This document shows, in pieces, positions 34,301-35,676 of a DNA stretch of 36,000 bases. The DNA is from Chiloscyllium plagiosum (lineage: Eukaryota), in NCBI RefSeq assembly GCF_004010195.1, contig NW_025213788.1, forward strand, positions 1 to 36,000, written 5' to 3'. The notes beneath the pieces were generated by a model. The model did not search any database. It was not told where the DNA came from and was given only the letters and a program-made list of their open reading frames with translations. The stretch's first letter is position 1; the number at the start of each line of letters is the position of its first letter. Made by a program: the position numbers and the translations under genes.

Positions 34301-35676
34301 ATGTCCCACAGCGGGGAGCAGAGCAAGTCACAGGCCATGTCCCACAGCGGGGAGCAGAGCAAGTCACAGGCCATGTCCCACAGCGGGGAGCAGAGCAAGT
34401 CACAGGCCATGTCCCACAGCGGGGAGCAGAGCAAGTCACAGGCCATGTCCCACAGCGGGGAGCAGAGCAAGTCACAGGCCATGTCCCACAGCGGGGAGCA
34501 GAGCAAGTCACAGGCCATGTCCCACAGCGGGGAGCAGAGCAAGTCACAGGCCATGTCCCACAGCGGGGAGCAGAGCAAGTCACAGGCCATGTCCCACAGC
34601 GGGGAGCAGAGCAAGTCACAGGCCATGTCCCACAGCGGGGAGCAGAGCAAGTCACAGGCCATGTCCCACAGCGGGGAGCAGAGCAAGTCACAGGCCATGT
34701 CCCACAGCGGGGAGCAGAGCAAGTCACAGGCCATGTCCCACAGCGGGGAGCAGAGCAAGTCACAGGCCATGTCCCACAGCGGGGAGCAGAGCAAGTCACA
34801 GGCCATGTCCCACAGCGGGGAGCAGAGCAAGTCACAGGCCATGTCCCACAGCGGGGAGCAGAGCAAGTCACAGGCCATGTCCCACAGCGGGGAGCAGAGC
34901 AAGTCACAGGCCATGTCCCACAGCGGGGAGCAGAGCAAGTCACAGGCCATGTCCCACAGCGGGGAGCAGAGCAAGTCACAGGCCATGTCCCACAGCGGGG
35001 AGCAGAGCAAGTCACAGGCCATGTCCCACAGCGGGGAGCAGAGCAAGTCACAGGCCATGTCCCACAGCGGGGAGCAGAGCAAGTCACAGGCCATGTCCCA
35101 CAGCGGGGAGCAGAGCAAGTCACAGGCCATGTCCCACAGCGGGGAGCAGAGCAAGTCACAGGCCATGTCCCACAGCGGGGAGCAGAGCAAGTCACAGGCC
35201 ATGTCCCACAGCGGGGAGCAGAGCAAGTCACAGGCCATGTCCCACAGCGGGGAGCAGAGCAAGTCACAGGCCATGTCCCACAGCGGGGAGCAGAGCAAGT
35301 CACAGGCCATGTCCCACAGCGGGGAGCAGAGCAAGTCACAGGCCATGTCCCACAGCGGGGAGCAGAGCAAGTCACAGGCCATGTCCCACAGCGGGGAGCA
35401 GAGCAAGTCACAGGCCATGTCCCACAGCGGGGAGCAGAGCAAGTCACAGGCCATGTCCCACAGCGGGGAGCAGAGCAAGTCACAGGCCATGTCCCACAGC
35501 GGGGAGCAGAGCAAGTCACAGGCCATGTCCCACAGCGGGGAGAAACCTCCCTACTGACCAAACTCCATTGCTCACCAAACCTTCATACCGACCAAACGCC
35601 CTTACTCACCAAACCTCCATACCGACCAAACTCCATTACTCACCAAACTCCCTTACTCACCAAACCTCCATACTGA
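1384..35676 (+). CDS. Doubtful giant repetitive ORF or exon, (GHVPQRGAEQVT)n with about 944 repeats; not a recognised protein
   Basis: This frame is open from the unique flank through the whole array. It begins at TTG rather than ATG, so it would have to be a spliced exon; candidate acceptors at 1389 and 1443 are in phase 0. Openness inside the array is uninformative because five of six frames of the unit lack stops. The stop codon lies inside the unrelated 17-bp satellite. Confidence 0.15.
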   Translation: MQFFFSLSTPTSETTIPYLQYGGETKGDESRLEPGCAESVWAEFWSDSRGHRLRPKRGSERVTGHVPQRGAEQVTGHVPQRGAEQVIGHVPQRGSERVTGHVPQRGEERLTGHVPQRGAERVTGHVPQRGAERVTGHVPQRGAEQVTGHVPQRGAEHVTGHVPQRGAEQVTGHVPQRGAERVTGHVPQWGAEGVTGHVPQRGEERLTGHVPQRGEERLTGHVPQRGEERLTGHVPQRGEERLTGHVPQRGEERLTGHVPQRGAEQVTGHVPQRGAEQVTGHVPQRGAEQVTGHVPQRGAEQVTGHVPQRGAEQVTGHVPQRGAEQVTGHVPQRGAEQVTGHVPQRGAEQVTGHVPQRGAEQVTGHVPQRGAEQVTGHVPQRGAEQVTGHVPQRGAEQVTGHVPQRGAEQVTGHVPQRGAEQVTGHVPQRGAEQVTGHVPQRGAEQVTGHVPQRGAEQVTGHVPQRGAEQVTGHVPQRGAEQVTGHVPQRGAEQVTGHVPQRGAEQVTGHVPQRGAEQVTGHVPQRGAEQVTGHVPQRGAEQVTGHVPQRGAEQVTGHVPQRGAEQVTGHVPQRGAEQVTGHVPQRGAEQVTGHVPQRGAEQVTGHVPQRGAEQVTGHVPQRGAEQVTGHVPQRGAEQVTGHVPQRGAEQVTGHVPQRGAEQVTGHVPQRGAEQVTGHVPQRGAEQVTGHVPQRGAEQVTGHVPQRGAEQVTGHVPQRGAEQVTGHVPQRGAEQVTGHVPQRGAEQVTGHVPQRGAEQVTGHVPQRGAEQVTGHVPQRGAEQVTGHVPQRGAEQVTGHVPQRGAEQVTGHVPQRGAEQVTGHVPQRGAEQVTGHVPQRGAEQVTGHVPQRGAEQVTGHVPQRGAEQVTGHVPQRGAEQVTGHVPQRGAEQVTGHVPQRGAEQVTGHVPQRGAEQVTGHVPQRGAEQVTGHVPQRGAEQVTGHVPQRGAEQVTGHVPQRGAEQVTGHVPQRGAEQVTGHVPQRGAEQVTGHVPQRGAEQVTGHVPQRGAEQVTGHVPQRGAEQVTGHVPQRGAEQVTGHVPQRGAEQVTGHVPQRGAEQVTGHVPQRGAEQVTGHVPQRGAEQVTGHVPQRGAEQVTGHVPQRGAEQVTGHVPQRGAEQVTGHVPQRGAEQVTGHVPQRGAEQVTGHVPQRGAEQVTGHVPQRGAEQVTGHVPQRGAEQVTGHVPQRGAEQVTGHVPQRGAEQVTGHVPQRGAEQVTGHVPQRGAEQVTGHVPQRGAEQVTGHVPQRGAEQVTGHVPQRGAEQVTGHVPQRGAEQVTGHVPQRGAEQVTGHVPQRGAEQVTGHVPQRGAEQVTGHVPQRGAEQVTGHVPQRGAEQVTGHVPQRGAEQVTGHVPQRGAEQVTGHVPQRGAEQVTGHVPQRGAEQVTGHVPQRGAEQVTGHVPQRGAEQVTGHVPQRGAEQVTGHVPQRGAEQVTGHVPQRGAEQVTGHVPQRGAEQVTGHVPQRGAEQVTGHVPQRGAEQVTGHVPQRGAEQVTGHVPQRGAEQVTGHVPQRGAEQVTGHVPQRGAEQVTGHVPQRGAEQVTGHVPQRGAEQVTGHVPQRGAEQVTGHVPQRGAEQVTGHVPQRGAEQVTGHVPQRGAEQVTGHVPQRGAEQVTGHVPQRGAEQVTGHVPQRGAEQVTGHVPQRGAEQVTGHVPQRGAEQVTGHVPQRGAEQVTGHVPQRGAEQVTGHVPQRGAEQVTGHVPQRGAEQVTGHVPQRGAEQVTGHVPQRGAEQVTGHVPQRGAEQVTGHVPQRGAEQVTGHVPQRGAEQVTGHVPQRGAEQVTGHVPQRGAEQVTGHVPQRGAEQVTGHVPQRGAEQVTGHVPQRGAEQVTGHVPQRGAEQVTGHVPQRGAEQVTGHVPQRGAEQVTGHVPQRGAEQVTGHVPQRGAEQVTGHVPQRGAEQVTGHVPQRGAEQVTGHVPQRGAEQVTGHVPQRGAEQVTGHVPQRGAEQVTGHVPQRGAEQVTGHVPQRGAEQVTGHVPQRGAEQVTGHVPQRGAEQVTGHVPQRGAEQVTGHVPQRGAEQVTGHVPQRGAEQVTGHVPQRGAEQVTGHVPQRGAEQVTGHVPQRGAEQVTGHVPQRGAEQVTGHVPQRGAEQVTGHVPQRGAEQVTGHVPQRGAEQVTGHVPQRGAEQVTGHVPQRGAEQVTGHVPQRGAEQVTGHVPQRGAEQVTGHVPQRGAEQVTGHVPQRGAEQVTGHVPQRGAEQVTGHVPQRGAEQVTGHVPQRGAEQVTGHVPQRGAEQVTGHVPQRGAEQVTGHVPQRGAEQVTGHVPQRGAEQVTGHVPQRGAEQVTGHVPQRGAEQVTGHVPQRGAEQVTGHVPQRGAEQVTGHVPQRGAEQVTGHVPQRGAEQVTGHVPQRGAEQVTGHVPQRGAEQVTGHVPQRGAEQVTGHVPQRGAEQVTGHVPQRGAEQVTGHVPQRGAEQVTGHVPQRGAEQVTGHVPQRGAEQVTGHVPQRGAEQVTGHVPQRGAEQVTGHVPQRGAEQVTGHVPQRGAEQVTGHVPQRGAEQVTGHVPQRGAEQVTGHVPQRGAEQVTGHVPQRGAEQVTGHVPQRGAEQVTGHVPQRGAEQVTGHVPQRGAEQVTGHVPQRGAEQVTGHVPQRGAEQVTGHVPQRGAEQVTGHVPQRGAEQVTGHVPQRGAEQVTGHVPQRGAEQVTGHVPQRGAEQVTGHVPQRGAEQVTGHVPQRGAEQVTGHVPQRGAEQVTGHVPQRGAEQVTGHVPQRGAEQVTGHVPQRGAEQVTGHVPQRGAEQVTGHVPQRGAEQVTGHVPQRGAEQVTGHVPQRGAEQVTGHVPQRGAEQVTGHVPQRGAEQVTGHVPQRGAEQVTGHVPQRGAEQVTGHVPQRGAEQVTGHVPQRGAEQVTGHVPQRGAEQVTGHVPQRGAEQVTGHVPQRGAEQVTGHVPQRGAEQVTGHVPQRGAEQVTGHVPQRGAEQVTGHVPQRGAEQVTGHVPQRGAEQVTGHVPQRGAEQVTGHVPQRGAEQVTGHVPQRGAEQVTGHVPQRGAEQVTGHVPQRGAEQVTGHVPQRGAEQVTGHVPQRGAEQVTGHVPQRGAEQVTGHVPQRGAEQVTGHVPQRGAEQVTGHVPQRGAEQVTGHVPQRGAEQVTGHVPQRGAEQVTGHVPQRGAEQVTGHVPQRGAEQVTGHVPQRGAEQVTGHVPQRGAEQVTGHVPQRGAEQVTGHVPQRGAEQVTGHVPQRGAEQVTGHVPQRGAEQVTGHVPQRGAEQVTGHVPQRGAEQVTGHVPQRGAEQVTGHVPQRGAEQVTGHVPQRGAEQVTGHVPQRGAEQVTGHVPQRGAEQVTGHVPQRGAEQVTGHVPQRGAEQVTGHVPQRGAEQVTGHVPQRGAEQVTGHVPQRGAEQVTGHVPQRGAEQVTGHVPQRGAEQVTGHVPQRGAEQVTGHVPQRGAEQVTGHVPQRGAEQVTGHVPQRGAEQVTGHVPQRGAEQVTGHVPQRGAEQVTGHVPQRGAEQVTGHVPQRGAEQVTGHVPQRGAEQVTGHVPQRGAEQVTGHVPQRGAEQVTGHVPQRGAEQVTGHVPQRGAEQVTGHVPQRGAEQVTGHVPQRGAEQVTGHVPQRGAEQVTGHVPQRGAEQVTGHVPQRGAEQVTGHVPQRGAEQVTGHVPQRGAEQVTGHVPQRGAEQVTGHVPQRGAEQVTGHVPQRGAEQVTGHVPQRGAEQVTGHVPQRGAEQVTGHVPQRGAEQVTGHVPQRGAEQVTGHVPQRGAEQVTGHVPQRGAEQVTGHVPQRGAEQVTGHVPQRGAEQVTGHVPQRGAEQVTGHVPQRGAEQVTGHVPQRGAEQVTGHVPQRGAEQVTGHVPQRGAEQVTGHVPQRGAEQVTGHVPQRGAEQVTGHVPQRGAEQVTGHVPQRGAEQVTGHVPQRGAEQVTGHVPQRGAEQVTGHVPQRGAEQVTGHVPQRGAEQVTGHVPQRGAEQVTGHVPQRGAEQVTGHVPQRGAEQVTGHVPQRGAEQVTGHVPQRGAEQVTGHVPQRGAEQVTGHVPQRGAEQVTGHVPQRGAEQVTGHVPQRGAEQVTGHVPQRGAEQVTGHVPQRGAEQVTGHVPQRGAEQVTGHVPQRGAEQVTGHVPQRGAEQVTGHVPQRGAEQVTGHVPQRGAEQVTGHVPQRGAEQVTGHVPQRGAEQVTGHVPQRGAEQVTGHVPQRGAEQVTGHVPQRGAEQVTGHVPQRGAEQVTGHVPQRGAEQVTGHVPQRGAEQVTGHVPQRGAEQVTGHVPQRGAEQVTGHVPQRGAEQVTGHVPQRGAEQVTGHVPQRGAEQVTGHVPQRGAEQVTGHVPQRGAEQVTGHVPQRGAEQVTGHVPQRGAEQVTGHVPQRGAEQVTGHVPQRGAEQVTGHVPQRGAEQVTGHVPQRGAEQVTGHVPQRGAEQVTGHVPQRGAEQVTGHVPQRGAEQVTGHVPQRGAEQVTGHVPQRGAEQVTGHVPQRGAEQVTGHVPQRGAEQVTGHVPQRGAEQVTGHVPQRGAEQVTGHVPQRGAEQVTGHVPQRGAEQVTGHVPQRGAEQVTGHVPQRGAEQVTGHVPQRGAEQVTGHVPQRGAEQVTGHVPQRGAEQVTGHVPQRGAEQVTGHVPQRGAEQVTGHVPQRGAEQVTGHVPQRGAEQVTGHVPQRGAEQVTGHVPQRGAEQVTGHVPQRGAEQVTGHVPQRGAEQVTGHVPQRGAEQVTGHVPQRGAEQVTGHVPQRGAEQVTGHVPQRGAEQVTGHVPQRGAEQVTGHVPQRGAEQVTGHVPQRGAEQVTGHVPQRGAEQVTGHVPQRGAEQVTGHVPQRGAEQVTGHVPQRGAEQVTGHVPQRGAEQVTGHVPQRGAEQVTGHVPQRGAEQVTGHVPQRGAEQVTGHVPQRGAEQVTGHVPQRGAEQVTGHVPQRGAEQVTGHVPQRGAEQVTGHVPQRGAEQVTGHVPQRGAEQVTGHVPQRGAEQVTGHVPQRGAEQVTGHVPQRGAEQVTGHVPQRGAEQVTGHVPQRGAEQVTGHVPQRGAEQVTGHVPQRGAEQVTGHVPQRGAEQVTGHVPQRGAEQVTGHVPQRGAEQVTGHVPQRGAEQVTGHVPQRGAEQVTGHVPQRGAEQVTGHVPQRGAEQVTGHVPQRGAEQVTGHVPQRGAEQVTGHVPQRGAEQVTGHVPQRGAEQVTGHVPQRGAEQVTGHVPQRGAEQVTGHVPQRGAEQVTGHVPQRGAEQVTGHVPQRGAEQVTGHVPQRGAEQVTGHVPQRGAEQVTGHVPQRGAEQVTGHVPQRGAEQVTGHVPQRGAEQVTGHVPQRGAEQVTGHVPQRGAEQVTGHVPQRGAEQVTGHVPQRGAEQVTGHVPQRGAEQVTGHVPQRGAEQVTGHVPQRGAEQVTGHVPQRGAEQVTGHVPQRGAEQVTGHVPQRGAEQVTGHVPQRGAEQVTGHVPQRGAEQVTGHVPQRGAEQVTGHVPQRGAEQVTGHVPQRGAEQVTGHVPQRGAEQVTGHVPQRGAEQVTGHVPQRGAEQVTGHVPQRGAEQVTGHVPQRGAEQVTGHVPQRGAEQVTGHVPQRGAEQVTGHVPQRGAEQVTGHVPQRGAEQVTGHVPQRGAEQVTGHVPQRGAEQVTGHVPQRGAEQVTGHVPQRGAEQVTGHVPQRGAEQVTGHVPQRGAEQVTGHVPQRGAEQVTGHVPQRGAEQVTGHVPQRGAEQVTGHVPQRGAEQVTGHVPQRGAEQVTGHVPQRGAEQVTGHVPQRGAEQVTGHVPQRGAEQVTGHVPQRGAEQVTGHVPQRGAEQVTGHVPQRGAEQVTGHVPQRGAEQVTGHVPQRGAEQVTGHVPQRGAEQVTGHVPQRGAEQVTGHVPQRGAEQVTGHVPQRGAEQVTGHVPQRGAEQVTGHVPQRGAEQVTGHVPQRGAEQVTGHVPQRGAEQVTGHVPQRGAEQVTGHVPQRGAEQVTGHVPQRGAEQVTGHVPQRGAEQVTGHVPQRGAEQVTGHVPQRGAEQVTGHVPQRGAEQVTGHVPQRGAEQVTGHVPQRGAEQVTGHVPQRGAEQVTGHVPQRGAEQVTGHVPQRGAEQVTGHVPQRGAEQVTGHVPQRGAEQVTGHVPQRGAEQVTGHVPQRGAEQVTGHVPQRGAEQVTGHVPQRGAEQVTGHVPQRGAEQVTGHVPQRGAEQVTGHVPQRGAEQVTGHVPQRGAEQVTGHVPQRGAEQVTGHVPQRGAEQVTGHVPQRGAEQVTGHVPQRGAEQVTGHVPQRGAEQVTGHVPQRGAEQVTGHVPQRGAEQVTGHVPQRGAEQVTGHVPQRGAEQVTGHVPQRGAEQVTGHVPQRGAEQVTGHVPQRGAEQVTGHVPQRGAEQVTGHVPQRGAEQVTGHVPQRGAEQVTGHVPQRGAEQVTGHVPQRGAEQVTGHVPQRGAEQVTGHVPQRGAEQVTGHVPQRGAEQVTGHVPQRGAEQVTGHVPQRGAEQVTGHVPQRGAEQVTGHVPQRGAEQVTGHVPQRGAEQVTGHVPQRGAEQVTGHVPQRGAEQVTGHVPQRGAEQVTGHVPQRGAEQVTGHVPQRGAEQVTGHVPQRGAEQVTGHVPQRGAEQVTGHVPQRGAEQVTGHVPQRGAEQVTGHVPQRGAEQVTGHVPQRGAEQVTGHVPQRGAEQVTGHVPQRGAEQVTGHVPQRGAEQVTGHVPQRGAEQVTGHVPQRGAEQVTGHVPQRGAEQVTGHVPQRGAEQVTGHVPQRGAEQVTGHVPQRGAEQVTGHVPQRGAEQVTGHVPQRGAEQVTGHVPQRGAEQVTGHVPQRGAEQVTGHVPQRGAEQVTGHVPQRGAEQVTGHVPQRGAEQVTGHVPQRGAEQVTGHVPQRGAEQVTGHVPQRGAEQVTGHVPQRGAEQVTGHVPQRGAEQVTGHVPQRGAEQVTGHVPQRGAEQVTGHVPQRGAEQVTGHVPQRGAEQVTGHVPQRGAEQVTGHVPQRGAEQVTGHVPQRGAEQVTGHVPQRGAEQVTGHVPQRGAEQVTGHVPQRGAEQVTGHVPQRGAEQVTGHVPQRGAEQVTGHVPQRGAEQVTGHVPQRGAEQVTGHVPQRGAEQVTGHVPQRGAEQVTGHVPQRGAEQVTGHVPQRGAEQVTGHVPQRGAEQVTGHVPQRGAEQVTGHVPQRGAEQVTGHVPQRGAEQVTGHVPQRGAEQVTGHVPQRGAEQVTGHVPQRGAEQVTGHVPQRGAEQVTGHVPQRGAEQVTGHVPQRGAEQVTGHVPQRGAEQVTGHVPQRGAEQVTGHVPQRGAEQVTGHVPQRGAEQVTGHVPQRGAEQVTGHVPQRGAEQVTGHVPQRGAEQVTGHVPQRGAEQVTGHVPQRGAEQVTGHVPQRGAEQVTGHVPQRGAEQVTGHVPQRGAEQVTGHVPQRGAEQVTGHVPQRGAEQVTGHVPQRGAEQVTGHVPQRGAEQVTGHVPQRGAEQVTGHVPQRGAEQVTGHVPQRGAEQVTGHVPQRGAEQVTGHVPQRGAEQVTGHVPQRGAEQVTGHVPQRGAEQVTGHVPQRGAEQVTGHVPQRGAEQVTGHVPQRGAEQVTGHVPQRGAEQVTGHVPQRGAEQVTGHVPQRGAEQVTGHVPQRGAEQVTGHVPQRGAEQVTGHVPQRGAEQVTGHVPQRGAEQVTGHVPQRGAEQVTGHVPQRGAEQVTGHVPQRGAEQVTGHVPQRGAEQVTGHVPQRGAEQVTGHVPQRGAEQVTGHVPQRGAEQVTGHVPQRGAEQVTGHVPQRGAEQVTGHVPQRGAEQVTGHVPQRGAEQVTGHVPQRGAEQVTGHVPQRGAEQVTGHVPQRGAEQVTGHVPQRGAEQVTGHVPQRGAEQVTGHVPQRGAEQVTGHVPQRGAEQVTGHVPQRGAEQVTGHVPQRGAEQVTGHVPQRGAEQVTGHVPQRGAEQVTGHVPQRGAEQVTGHVPQRGAEQVTGHVPQRGAEQVTGHVPQRGAEQVTGHVPQRGAEQVTGHVPQRGAEQVTGHVPQRGAEQVTGHVPQRGAEQVTGHVPQRGAEQVTGHVPQRGAEQVTGHVPQRGAEQVTGHVPQRGAEQVTGHVPQRGAEQVTGHVPQRGAEQVTGHVPQRGAEQVTGHVPQRGAEQVTGHVPQRGAEQVTGHVPQRGAEQVTGHVPQRGAEQVTGHVPQRGAEQVTGHVPQRGAEQVTGHVPQRGAEQVTGHVPQRGAEQVTGHVPQRGAEQVTGHVPQRGAEQVTGHVPQRGAEQVTGHVPQRGAEQVTGHVPQRGAEQVTGHVPQRGAEQVTGHVPQRGAEQVTGHVPQRGAEQVTGHVPQRGAEQVTGHVPQRGAEQVTGHVPQRGAEQVTGHVPQRGAEQVTGHVPQRGAEQVTGHVPQRGAEQVTGHVPQRGAEQVTGHVPQRGAEQVTGHVPQRGAEQVTGHVPQRGAEQVTGHVPQRGAEQVTGHVPQRGAEQVTGHVPQRGAEQVTGHVPQRGAEQVTGHVPQRGAEQVTGHVPQRGAEQVTGHVPQRGAEQVTGHVPQRGAEQVTGHVPQRGAEQVTGHVPQRGAEQVTGHVPQRGAEQVTGHVPQRGAEQVTGHVPQRGAEQVTGHVPQRGAEQVTGHVPQRGAEQVTGHVPQRGAEQVTGHVPQRGAEQVTGHVPQRGAEQVTGHVPQRGAEQVTGHVPQRGAEQVTGHVPQRGAEQVTGHVPQRGAEQVTGHVPQRGAEQVTGHVPQRGAEQVTGHVPQRGAEQVTGHVPQRGAEQVTGHVPQRGAEQVTGHVPQRGAEQVTGHVPQRGAEQVTGHVPQRGAEQVTGHVPQRGAEQVTGHVPQRGAEQVTGHVPQRGAEQVTGHVPQRGAEQVTGHVPQRGAEQVTGHVPQRGAEQVTGHVPQRGAEQVTGHVPQRGAEQVTGHVPQRGAEQVTGHVPQRGAEQVTGHVPQRGAEQVTGHVPQRGAEQVTGHVPQRGAEQVTGHVPQRGAEQVTGHVPQRGAEQVTGHVPQRGAEQVTGHVPQRGAEQVTGHVPQRGAEQVTGHVPQRGAEQVTGHVPQRGAEQVTGHVPQRGAEQVTGHVPQRGAEQVTGHVPQRGAEQVTGHVPQRGAEQVTGHVPQRGAEQVTGHVPQRGAEQVTGHVPQRGAEQVTGHVPQRGAEQVTGHVPQRGAEQVTGHVPQRGAEQVTGHVPQRGAEQVTGHVPQRGAEQVTGHVPQRGAEQVTGHVPQRGAEQVTGHVPQRGAEQVTGHVPQRGAEQVTGHVPQRGAEQVTGHVPQRGAEQVTGHVPQRGAEQVTGHVPQRGAEQVTGHVPQRGAEQVTGHVPQRGAEQVTGHVPQRGAEQVTGHVPQRGAEQVTGHVPQRGAEQVTGHVPQRGAEQVTGHVPQRGAEQVTGHVPQRGAEQVTGHVPQRGAEQVTGHVPQRGAEQVTGHVPQRGAEQVTGHVPQRGAEQVTGHVPQRGAEQVTGHVPQRGAEQVTGHVPQRGAEQVTGHVPQRGAEQVTGHVPQRGAEQVTGHVPQRGAEQVTGHVPQRGAEQVTGHVPQRGAEQVTGHVPQRGAEQVTGHVPQRGAEQVTGHVPQRGAEQVTGHVPQRGAEQVTGHVPQRGAEQVTGHVPQRGAEQVTGHVPQRGAEQVTGHVPQRGAEQVTGHVPQRGAEQVTGHVPQRGAEQVTGHVPQRGAEQVTGHVPQRGAEQVTGHVPQRGAEQVTGHVPQRGAEQVTGHVPQRGAEQVTGHVPQRGAEQVTGHVPQRGAEQVTGHVPQRGAEQVTGHVPQRGAEQVTGHVPQRGAEQVTGHVPQRGAEQVTGHVPQRGAEQVTGHVPQRGAEQVTGHVPQRGAEQVTGHVPQRGAEQVTGHVPQRGAEQVTGHVPQRGAEQVTGHVPQRGAEQVTGHVPQRGAEQVTGHVPQRGAEQVTGHVPQRGAEQVTGHVPQRGAEQVTGHVPQRGAEQVTGHVPQRGAEQVTGHVPQRGAEQVTGHVPQRGAEQVTGHVPQRGAEQVTGHVPQRGAEQVTGHVPQRGAEQVTGHVPQRGAEQVTGHVPQRGAEQVTGHVPQRGAEQVTGHVPQRGAEQVTGHVPQRGAEQVTGHVPQRGAEQVTGHVPQRGAEQVTGHVPQRGAEQVTGHVPQRGAEQVTGHVPQRGAEQVTGHVPQRGAEQVTGHVPQRGAEQVTGHVPQRGAEQVTGHVPQRGAEQVTGHVPQRGAEQVTGHVPQRGAEQVTGHVPQRGAEQVTGHVPQRGAEQVTGHVPQRGAEQVTGHVPQRGAEQVTGHVPQRGAEQVTGHVPQRGAEQVTGHVPQRGAEQVTGHVPQRGAEQVTGHVPQRGAEQVTGHVPQRGAEQVTGHVPQRGAEQVTGHVPQRGAEQVTGHVPQRGAEQVTGHVPQRGAEQVTGHVPQRGAEQVTGHVPQRGAEQVTGHVPQRGAEQVTGHVPQRGAEQVTGHVPQRGAEQVTGHVPQRGAEQVTGHVPQRGAEQVTGHVPQRGAEQVTGHVPQRGAEQVTGHVPQRGAEQVTGHVPQRGAEQVTGHVPQRGAEQVTGHVPQRGAEQVTGHVPQRGAEQVTGHVPQRGAEQVTGHVPQRGAEQVTGHVPQRGAEQVTGHVPQRGAEQVTGHVPQRGAEQVTGHVPQRGAEQVTGHVPQRGAEQVTGHVPQRGAEQVTGHVPQRGAEQVTGHVPQRGAEQVTGHVPQRGAEQVTGHVPQRGAEQVTGHVPQRGAEQVTGHVPQRGAEQVTGHVPQRGAEQVTGHVPQRGAEQVTGHVPQRGAEQVTGHVPQRGAEQVTGHVPQRGAEQVTGHVPQRGAEQVTGHVPQRGAEQVTGHVPQRGAEQVTGHVPQRGAEQVTGHVPQRGAEQVTGHVPQRGAEQVTGHVPQRGAEQVTGHVPQRGAEQVTGHVPQRGAEQVTGHVPQRGAEQVTGHVPQRGAEQVTGHVPQRGAEQVTGHVPQRGAEQVTGHVPQRGAEQVTGHVPQRGAEQVTGHVPQRGAEQVTGHVPQRGAEQVTGHVPQRGAEQVTGHVPQRGAEQVTGHVPQRGAEQVTGHVPQRGAEQVTGHVPQRGAEQVTGHVPQRGAEQVTGHVPQRGAEQVTGHVPQRGAEQVTGHVPQRGAEQVTGHVPQRGAEQVTGHVPQRGAEQVTGHVPQRGAEQVTGHVPQRGAEQVTGHVPQRGAEQVTGHVPQRGAEQVTGHVPQRGAEQVTGHVPQRGAEQVTGHVPQRGAEQVTGHVPQRGAEQVTGHVPQRGAEQVTGHVPQRGAEQVTGHVPQRGAEQVTGHVPQRGAEQVTGHVPQRGAEQVTGHVPQRGAEQVTGHVPQRGAEQVTGHVPQRGAEQVTGHVPQRGAEQVTGHVPQRGAEQVTGHVPQRGAEQVTGHVPQRGAEQVTGHVPQRGAEQVTGHVPQRGAEQVTGHVPQRGAEQVTGHVPQRGAEQVTGHVPQRGAEQVTGHVPQRGAEQVTGHVPQRGAEQVTGHVPQRGAEQVTGHVPQRGAEQVTGHVPQRGAEQVTGHVPQRGAEQVTGHVPQRGAEQVTGHVPQRGAEQVTGHVPQRGAEQVTGHVPQRGAEQVTGHVPQRGAEQVTGHVPQRGAEQVTGHVPQRGAEQVTGHVPQRGAEQVTGHVPQRGAEQVTGHVPQRGETSLLTKLHCSPNLHTDQTPLLTKPPYRPNSITHQTPLLTKPPY
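1534..2144. repeat. Variant-unit zone at the 5' edge of the 36-bp array
   Basis: The unit ending AAGT is replaced by GGGT (units at 1641, 1749), GAGT (1713, 1893, 1929), ATGT (1821) and GTCT (1677, plus five consecutive identical copies at 1965-2144 that also carry GAGAAGAG). Point changes occur at 1643 (C>T), 1689 (C>A) and 1948 (CpG>TpG). Confidence 0.95.
1534..35542. repeat. Giant 36-bp tandem array (minisatellite/satellite), unit CACAGGCCATGTCCCACAGCGGGGAGCAGAGCAAGT; 943 full copies (1569-35516), a 26-bp partial copy, and one degenerate 35-bp lead-in unit at 1534
   Basis: Read directly. Units start at 1569+36k and the last starts at 35517 = 1569+943x36, so phase is kept with no net indel. 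The three-line 180-bp (5-unit) pattern recurs to the end, and five reading frames stay open across it. The unit is 64% GC (11 C, 12 G, 10 A, 3 T) with one CpG and one GGCC site. Confidence 0.99.

Noticed and set aside
1569..35542. CRISPR array (36-bp repeat length)
   Set aside because: Units are head-to-tail with no spacers, there are no cas genes, and the context is vertebrate-like retroelement debris.
2145..35542. G-quadruplex or nucleosome-phasing role of the 36-mer (GGGG per unit; 5 units = 180 bp)
   Set aside because: G4 runs are 32 nt apart, too far for a canonical quadruplex. With identical units there is no real 180-bp periodicity beyond multiples of 36.
1649..35557. (SQAMSHSGEQSK)n ORF resembling filaggrin/hornerin-like Ser/His/Gly/Gln repeats
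   Set aside because: The resemblance is compositional only. An in-frame TAG at 1643-1645 cuts this frame off from the upstream ATG (1445), and the edge variants are non-synonymous in it.
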